A DNA stretch of 64,000 nt from Desulfobacterales bacterium (GTDB lineage: Bacteria > Desulfobacterota > Desulfobacteria > Desulfobacterales > 4572-123), in assembly GCA_029939715.1 (NCBI GenBank), contig JAOZSJ010000003.1, forward strand, positions 1,880 to 65,879, read 5' to 3'. The notes below the pieces were generated by a model. That model saw only the letters and a list, made by a program, of their open reading frames with translations. It was not told where the DNA came from and did no database searches. This document shows positions 58,592 through 64,000 of this stretch, piece after piece; the stretch's first letter is position 1, and the number at the start of each line of letters is the position of its first letter. A program made the position numbers and the translations under genes.

Positions 58592-59374
58592 TTAAAATCT
58601 TTTGTTCTTATTTTCCAGTGCCATACTAAGCAGAAGCAGGGTAATTGAAATCATCATGAGTATGGTTCCGATACAGTTAATCGTTGGCGTTGCACCAAAT
58701 CTTAACTGGGAAAATATATAGATCGGCAAGGTGGCGTTCCCCACACCTGCAACAAAATAGGTGATCATAAAGTCATCAAACGACCAGGGAAAAATTACCA
58801 GTGCGGATGCCCCGATGGCCGGCAGCAAAAGCGGCAGCGTGATCCTGAAAAAGGTCCTGATCTTTGATGCACCCAGATCCTGGGCTGCCTCCTCCCATGC
58901 CCAGTCGATCCGCTGCATTCTGCCGAGAATGATAAAAACAGCCAGGGGCGCGGTCCAGGAAAGCTGGGCAATAACGATGCTGAAATATCCCAAAGGGACA
59001 TGTACGATCCGTTCAAAATAAACCAGCAAAGAACCACCCATGACAACACCGGGCAAAACAATGGGGACCAGGATGGCGATCCTCAGCATTCTCTTGAATC
59101 TGAATTGTAATTTATAGAATCCGTATGCACCCAGTGTACCGATAATACAGGAGAAAATGACCACAACTACCGATACCGCCAAGCTCCTGAACAAGGCATC
59201 GTGCAATTGTGAATTATCAAGAAGGGTGCGGTACCATTTGAAAGTAAATTTTTTCCAGACCACCCCCAATTTGCTCTCATTAAAGGAAAAAATTACAACA
59301 ACGAGAACCGGTACCCAAAGGATAAAATAGACCAGTCCGGTGATGACCTTAAGCAATATATTATCTTTTTTCAT
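58592..59374 (-). CDS. ABC transporter permease, PotC-like
   Basis: Track ORF of 260 aa, hydrophobic, with the EAA-type loop (EEAAQDLGASKIRTFFRITLP). Its start overlaps the upstream permease stop by 4 nt (ATGA). Confidence 0.8.
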   Translation of the reverse strand: MKKDNILLKVITGLVYFILWVPVLVVVIFSFNESKLGVVWKKFTFKWYRTLLDNSQLHDALFRSLAVSVVVVIFSCIIGTLGAYGFYKLQFRFKRMLRIAILVPIVLPGVVMGGSLLVYFERIVHVPLGYFSIVIAQLSWTAPLAVFIILGRMQRIDWAWEEAAQDLGASKIRTFFRITLPLLLPAIGASALVIFPWSFDDFMITYFVAGVGNATLPIYIFSQLRFGATPTINCIGTILMMISITLLLLSMALENKNKRF

Positions 59375-60288
59375 ATGACCTTCTCCAATGCGTCTTCCCC
59401 GCCTTTTTTGATGATGATGAAAAGAACAAGAATCAATATGGCGGTCAGGACAACACCGAAGGCACTGCCTCCCGGAATATCGCCCGCGGTTATATACTTA
59501 TGGGTGACCAGGTTTCCAACCATCATCACTTTTGAACCACCCAGAAAAGTCGGTACCAGGTAATCACCCAGTGCCGGAATAAAAACCAGAATTGTTCCGG
59601 CAAAAACGCCTCCCTTGGTCAGCGGGAGTATCACCCTGAAAAACCGACGGATGGGAGTTGCCCCCATGTCGGTGGCGGCTTCAAGAAGCGCCGGGTTAAG
59701 GCCTTCCAAAGAAGCATAAATCGGCAAAATCATGTACGGCAGCGAATAATAAACCAGTCCGAACATGACGGCAAACGGTGAATACAACATACGGATGGGT
59801 GAATCAATCAGGCCCGTAGCCATCAGAATATTATTGATCACCCCCATATTGCCCAGCATGGTTTTAACGGCATAGATTCGAATGATAACCGCCGTGGTTT
59901 CCGGGATGATCAGCATGAGAATGAGAAAGGCTTTCCACCGGCCGCCGTACTGGGTAATGTAATAGGCCACCGGAAACGCAATAATAATGCACAGAATATT
60001 GGTTTGAACCGCATAGTAGAAAGATCTTAAAAAAATTTCCCCGTAAGCTCCGGAAAATGCATTGATGTAGCTCTGTAATGAAAAAGAGTTGGTCATCAAA
60101 CCATCATCCCCTAATTTCAAAAAACTGAAAAACAGTGTAATAAGAAGGGGTAAAAAAGTAAAAAGGACAACCAGCAATGTGAGAGGCCCGATGAGAATGG
60201 AGAACTCAAGATCAAAAAATCTTTTTTTGTGTATGGGTGTGTCTTCAGAGATCACTTCATCCATTGAGTGATCTAATGTGCGGTTCAT
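59371..60288 (-). CDS. ABC transporter permease, PotB-like
   Basis: Track ORF of 305 aa, polytopic, with the EAA loop (LEAATDMGATPIRRFFRVILP). A GGAG RBS lies upstream of the ATG at 60288. Confidence 0.8.
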   Translation of the reverse strand: MNRTLDHSMDEVISEDTPIHKKRFFDLEFSILIGPLTLLVVLFTFLPLLITLFFSFLKLGDDGLMTNSFSLQSYINAFSGAYGEIFLRSFYYAVQTNILCIIIAFPVAYYITQYGGRWKAFLILMLIIPETTAVIIRIYAVKTMLGNMGVINNILMATGLIDSPIRMLYSPFAVMFGLVYYSLPYMILPIYASLEGLNPALLEAATDMGATPIRRFFRVILPLTKGGVFAGTILVFIPALGDYLVPTFLGGSKVMMVGNLVTHKYITAGDIPGGSAFGVVLTAILILVLFIIIKKGGEDALEKVI

Positions 60289-60344
60289 TTAATTTTCTCC
60301 TGGAAATAAAGCCCTTAAAAACCTGAAGCCTGCAGTAAAATTGA

Positions 60345-60390
60345 TGCGGCGGACAACAGAAAGTTCCTGTCCGCCGCACCGGTTTTTTTT
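60345..60390. terminator. Perfect 11-bp stem hairpin (TGCGGCGGACA / TGTCCGCCGCA, 12-nt loop) flanked by T8 on the plus strand; a possible intra-operon attenuator or bidirectional terminator between the binding-protein and permease genes
   Basis: The stems lie at 60345-60355 and 60368-60378, with the T run at 60383-60390. On the minus-strand transcript the hairpin is followed only by UCAAUUUUAC. Confidence 0.5.
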
Positions 60391-60415
60391 GTTTCATCAA
60401 TACGGATTAAAATGC

Positions 60416-61543
60416 TTACCTTTTTATCTTTTCCCAGATTTTAGCCCTGAGAGCGCGGCCTTTACCTACGGCTGCTTCATAATTTGGCAGTATGCATTTT
60501 TTTAAGTATTCCGATGAAAGAGACATGGCCGGGAATGACTTGACCTTATCTGAAAGCATATGGGGTGTTGCTTTATGGGTGGGGGCATACCCGATCCCTT
60601 CTATCAGTTTTACATGATTTTCCGGGCTCCAGATCCAGTTTAAAAACAGGTGGGCGGCGGCAGGGCTTTTCCCGCCCTTGGCAATGGCAATGGAATCAAA
60701 TCCCATCATGGTGCCTTCCCTGGGTAATGACAATTTAATTCCAGGGACCTCTTGGGCAGTCCAATAGACATCACCGGCCCACATGACGGACAGAACGGTT
60801 TCCTGCTCAGCAAACAGGCGCGTGGGGTAGGCATCATAGGCTATCAGGTTCGGTTTTTGTTTGAGCAGCAGGTCCGTGGCTTCTTTCAGCTCTTTTTCAT
60901 CACAGGAGTTAGGGTTGTAACCCAGATACATCAATGCGGAACCAACCGCCTCATAGGAATCGTCGAGGGCGGTCATCCTGCCTGCGAATTCGTTCTTTTC
61001 AAAAACAATCTTCCAGGAATCCAGATCTTTGGTATTGGGGTCGACTATGTTCGAATTATAGGCTATTCCGGTTATATAAATACTTAAAGGGGCATAATAT
61101 TCAAACTTCGGGTCGAATTCCGTCTTTTTAAAATCGTCCATGATGTAATTGTCAATATTGGGGATCCATTCATGATTCAGTTTTTTTAATGCACCAAATT
61201 CTTTCAACAGCATAAAAGAACCGGAACCTATACTGACGATATCATACGGCACTTCCGGATTCAGCCTGAATTTTGTGTTCATTTCCTCTGTGCTGCCATA
61301 GTTGTCCCGGATAATTTTAATTCCGTATTTTTTTTCAAAACCCGTGTATAACTCTTCGGGCCACCATTCCGCCCAATCGTAAATGCGGAGTACACCTTCT
61401 GTTTTAGCCTGGGCAATACATGCTTCGGGCGGTTCAAAATTCGGGTAGTTATCCGCTGCACAAACAGGCGAAGATATGGCACACAGCAGGATGAAAGTGA
61501 TCATTGCAAAAAAAATCGTACTTTTTCTCGGGAATGTTTTCAT
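60416..61543 (-). CDS. Periplasmic substrate-binding protein, PotD/PotF-like, with a Sec signal peptide
   Basis: I prefer the ATG at 61543 (MKTFPRKSTIFFAMITFILLCAISSPVCA/AD) because a GGAGG RBS lies 5 nt upstream, whereas the track start at 61606 has none. The mature part follows the PotD layout (L.IY.W.E..P......F....GIK(V/I), ...YD(L/I)V..., ...IGY.P). Confidence 0.8.
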   Translation of the reverse strand: MKTFPRKSTIFFAMITFILLCAISSPVCAADNYPNFEPPEACIAQAKTEGVLRIYDWAEWWPEELYTGFEKKYGIKIIRDNYGSTEEMNTKFRLNPEVPYDIVSIGSGSFMLLKEFGALKKLNHEWIPNIDNYIMDDFKKTEFDPKFEYYAPLSIYITGIAYNSNIVDPNTKDLDSWKIVFEKNEFAGRMTALDDSYEAVGSALMYLGYNPNSCDEKELKEATDLLLKQKPNLIAYDAYPTRLFAEQETVLSVMWAGDVYWTAQEVPGIKLSLPREGTMMGFDSIAIAKGGKSPAAAHLFLNWIWSPENHVKLIEGIGYAPTHKATPHMLSDKVKSFPAMSLSSEYLKKCILPNYEAAVGKGRALRAKIWEKIKR

Positions 61544-61567
61544 TGTTGCCTCCAAGTTTATGGTTAA

Positions 61568-61597
61568 ATTAAAGTGGGACATGTCCATCATTGTCAA
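61568..61597 (-). promoter_or_regulatory. Candidate sigma-70 promoter of the transporter operon (-35 TTGACA, 18-bp spacer, -10 TTTAAT) with a 10-bp palindrome GGACATGTCC in the spacer
   Basis: Minus-strand sense reads TTGACAatgatGGACATGTCCcacTTTAATttaaccataaacttGGAGGcaacaATG. The -35 is at 61597-61592, the -10 at 61573-61568 and the palindrome at 61577-61586. Confidence 0.4.
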
Positions 61598-61780
61598 AAT
61601 GAGCATTTCAGAAAATTATATTTGTTTTAGTATAAAGCGGCTGTATCGGGGTGTTTTTAATTATTCATTCGCTCATTTCCGATAATTGTTCAACCCGGGT
61701 TTTGATCTGGTCTATCACCTCCTTTTTTACTGCCGTATAAAGGCGGGCTGGTAAGATGCTATAATTGCAACGCCCCTACT

Positions 61781-61857
61781 GACAGAATGATGTAACATTT
61801 TTAGGGAGGAGATTCCGCAACTGTAACCGCTATCCCGCACCTGGGACAGAATGATGT
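61781..61857. repeat. Two copies of the 13-mer GACAGAATGATGT, 64 bp apart, upstream of the transporter operon
   Basis: Exact copies at 61781-61793 and 61845-61857. Confidence 0.6.
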
Positions 61858-62026
61858 TGATGAATTCGGCTTGAATGAGCGTTACAGTATTTTGTTGCTT
61901 TTCGTCAAAAAGGCCCGTTACATTATTTGGATCTTATAACGCGGTTGGAAAGATTTTTTCATATCTGCAATTCTTAAGCATTATGTAGAGCTTAACAGGG
62001 ATGTTCTTTTTTCAGATCGGATTTGA

Positions 62027-62046
62027 CATAGATTTGGCATAGATTT
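62027..62046. repeat. Tandem direct 9-mer CATAGATTT x2 in 11-bp phase
   Basis: Copies at 62027-62035 and 62038-62046 (gaCATAGATTTggCATAGATTTa). Confidence 0.6.
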
Positions 62047-62143
62047 AACTTTTATTTTTAATAAATTTCATACTAACAAAAACAAAAAATGGTGTTAATA
62101 CAGAAGAAATTCAGCCTGCGGATAGACTTTTATGGCGGACAAT

Positions 62144-64000
62144 TTACAGAAGTTGTTCGCCGGCCCATGTTGATTTTGACGGGAAGCCGCCTTGAAGCAG
62201 TTTTTCCATTAAATCATCCGTGGCATTATCAGGATTAATCGATAATTCATTTTTCAGCTTTGCCCTTAATTGTTTATAGACTCTGGGTATTTCATTCCGG
62301 TTTCCGGAATAGACACAGGCTATCATCAATAATCTATATGCGGATTCACAGCAGGGATCATGCTCAATAAGTTTTTTTGAACTTTGCCGTGCCTTATGGT
62401 AATCACCAATATCCAGATAAAGTTTAGTTGAAGCATGCAAAATGAATCGAAATTTCTTTTTCAGGGAGACCCTCTCCTGATTGATCAGATCATCATATAA
62501 GTCAAAGTCAATGAAATCTCCCTTATACAGGTCTGCCGCCGCTTCAAACATTTGCAAAGCTGCCGGAGTATCATTTTTCTGAAGCCCTTTTTTTCCCAGG
62601 GAATAATAATTTTCAAATATATCTGCATCCAGCCAGTATGTATCCTTTAAAAGCCGGATATTTTCCCCTTCAGATTCAATAAAATCATGCTTTGTTCCAA
62701 GCAGATTACGCATACGAAATAAGAGGTTATGTAAATTTGTCCGGGCTGACTTTATCGGGTAATTCTGCCAGAAAGTGTTGTAAATGACCTCCTTTGGCAC
62801 ATATGATTTTCGATGAACAATAAGAAATTTTAACAGCCGGCTCAACATCTTCTGCCGGTTCAAATTAAATCCCGGAATATCCTGCCCATCAATTTTTAAA
62901 TGCAGTGTCCCGAATGTGTAGATCTTGATACAAATATCAGTTGAATCTGTTTCAGATCCTGAAGTGGTCAGCCGGTCATCCCCGAGATACGATTTATAAT
63001 TAGACCGCTGCTGATTCAAATGCTGAACAAGTTTACTGCCGGATCTATCCTCAATCTCTTTTAAAAGATCATTATTGTCGGCCTGGAGTCCTTCAACTTC
63101 ATGTTCTATCAACACTTTTTCCATCAGACTAAAATACTTTTCAGACGCTTTTTTATTATTATTCCTGTCGTGCAATACGCCCATCATGGCATAACCCGAC
63201 GCAACAGCCAGCGGGAACTTGCTTTCCGGGGCCTCTTTTATAAAATTATCAAGTGTCTTACACACCTCGGAATCGTTTCCAATAAACAGACTGGCTTCTG
63301 CATAATACAAATATGTATCCGGATAATAAAAGAGAAAATATTTATGATTTTCTCTTTGTTTAAGGCGGTTGCAATAATATTCAACCTTTTCTCTGTCTTT
63401 TGCAAGGTAAGCGCTTCTCAATTGGGCGAAAAACATAAATCCCTGTTTGAAATACGAATCAGTGGCCGGGTATTCATACAATATTTTATCAATAATCTGT
63501 TCACATTCAGAGAGCTCTTCAGGAATACGATAACAATAATAAAGAACAGCATATAAGTTATAACGAAATGTAGAATCCTGATCAAGAAGTGCCAGCGCTT
63601 TATCAACCTCTTTTTTTGCCTTGTTGCTGGAACCCATAATGAGAAGGGTATCTGCTTTATGGTAACGTATCAGGGGTTCGTAAATATGGTAGTATAACTT
63701 TTTATGAATGATTTGAAGCGATTTGTCATATTGCAGCAGGGCTTTTTTAAATTTTCCGCGGTCATTATAGAGGCGGGCCATTGCCAGCCGGGAAAAAATT
63801 AATACTACCTCATCTTTCAGTTCAAATGCATGCTCTTCAGTATCAAGTATTACTTCAAATGCCCGGTCATATTCCAGAAAAATCCACCATTTCCCCAGAC
63901 TGATCCACATGTCTAAAATCTTGGTTGAGCGTAACTTGAGCTTTGATTTATTCACTTCAAGAAAAACCTGGGCATCTTCAATGAGTTTTAATAAATCATT
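62144..64000 (-). CDS. Transcriptional regulator with a TPR-like N-terminal part and a C-terminal SARP-type winged helix + BTAD domain; 5' end probably outside the window
   Basis: Track ORF 62144-63955 starts at a GTG with no RBS, and the frame stays open to position 64000 (NDLLKLIEDAQVFLE upstream). The C-terminal ~255 aa (62147-62923) read IKIYTFGTLHLKIDGQDIP...RQKMLSRLLKFLIVHRKSYVPKEVIYNTFW...ARTNLHNLLFRMRNLLG, then YWLDADIFE...AADLYKGDF...YRLLMIACVYSGNRNEIPRVYKQLRAKLKNELSINP. This is the DnrI/AfsR (SARP) pattern. Confidence 0.65.
   Translation of the reverse strand, partial: NDLLKLIEDAQVFLEVNKSKLKLRSTKILDMWISLGKWWIFLEYDRAFEVILDTEEHAFELKDEVVLIFSRLAMARLYNDRGKFKKALLQYDKSLQIIHKKLYYHIYEPLIRYHKADTLLIMGSSNKAKKEVDKALALLDQDSTFRYNLYAVLYYCYRIPEELSECEQIIDKILYEYPATDSYFKQGFMFFAQLRSAYLAKDREKVEYYCNRLKQRENHKYFLFYYPDTYLYYAEASLFIGNDSEVCKTLDNFIKEAPESKFPLAVASGYAMMGVLHDRNNNKKASEKYFSLMEKVLIEHEVEGLQADNNDLLKEIEDRSGSKLVQHLNQQRSNYKSYLGDDRLTTSGSETDSTDICIKIYTFGTLHLKIDGQDIPGFNLNRQKMLSRLLKFLIVHRKSYVPKEVIYNTFWQNYPIKSARTNLHNLLFRMRNLLGTKHDFIESEGENIRLLKDTYWLDADIFENYYSLGKKGLQKNDTPAALQMFEAAADLYKGDFIDFDLYDDLINQERVSLKKKFRFILHASTKLYLDIGDYHKARQSSKKLIEHDPCCESAYRLLMIACVYSGNRNEIPRVYKQLRAKLKNELSINPDNATDDLMEKLLQGGFPSKSTWAGEQLL

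Noticed and set aside
61544-61606. N-terminal extensions offered by the track: 21 extra codons for the binding protein (track start 61606), and likewise 29 extra codons for the TMADH-like ORF (51694-51780).
   Set aside because: The internal ATGs at 61543 and 51693 are each preceded by a good RBS (GGAGG; AAGGGAG). They also give a proper signal peptide and family-typical N-terminus respectively. The extensions overlap the promoter or the upstream gene end.
61476-61685. Plus-strand ORF of 69 aa overlapping the binding-protein 5' end and its promoter.
   Set aside because: It is antisense to a well-supported gene start, with a hydrophobic or random-looking translation and no RBS.
61665-61760. 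Short minus-strand reading (..SILPARLYTAVKKEVIDQIKTRVEQLSEMSE*) with an AGGAGG nearby, in the operon leader region.
   Set aside because: There is no ATG and only a GTG immediately abutting the SD-like sequence. It is shorter than 40 codons and closed upstream by a TAG. It could be a gene remnant, but I cannot support that.

Overview
One giant gene dominates this window. Positions 1-50781 on the minus strand form a single reading frame of 16,927 codons. It starts at an ATG at 50781 and is still open at position 1, so the 3' end lies outside the window. The supplied ORF track does not list it, apparently because it has no stop inside the window. The many plus-strand ORFs listed over this span are Ser/Pro-rich antisense artefacts. 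The product starts with a LEPR-XLL-type N-terminus (MPLNRSKTENIFELENLEPRILLSADP), has no Sec-like signal peptide, and is built from blocks of different repeat families. From N- to C-terminus these are: roughly 45-50 copies of a ~120-aa module (PAGPYxR...GQxLxGDFxFEQ...INTTG) punctuated by six ~210-aa 'cap' modules; a 7-blade FG-GAP propeller embedded in that array; six Ig-like 'NTFRY' domains between two large beta-rich segments; RTX-type GGxGxD blocks; an 8-residue periodic repeat; Calx-beta-like domains; about 18 copies of a ~100-aa Trp-centred module with two PPC-like inserts; and more RTX nonapeptides at the window edge. To the right (51.0-61.6 kb, all minus strand) lies an amine transport and catabolism operon. 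It encodes a PotD/F-like binding protein, PotB/C/A-like ABC components, a PuuB-like FAD oxidoreductase, two non-pyrrolysine MttB-family methyltransferases flanking a saccharopine-dehydrogenase-family gene, and a TMADH-like flavoprotein gene. That last gene is frameshifted and truncated exactly where a very AT-rich ~240-bp junction leads into the giant gene. A partial, AT-rich SARP/BTAD-type regulator occupies 62.1-64.0 kb. I saw no rRNA, tRNA, CRISPR array or recognisable transposase. Taxonomy cannot be established from the sequence alone; the non-Pyl MttB genes and ~50% GC would fit an anaerobic Desulfobacterales-like bacterium, but that is a guess. All protein-family calls come from motifs I translated by hand, not from database searches.
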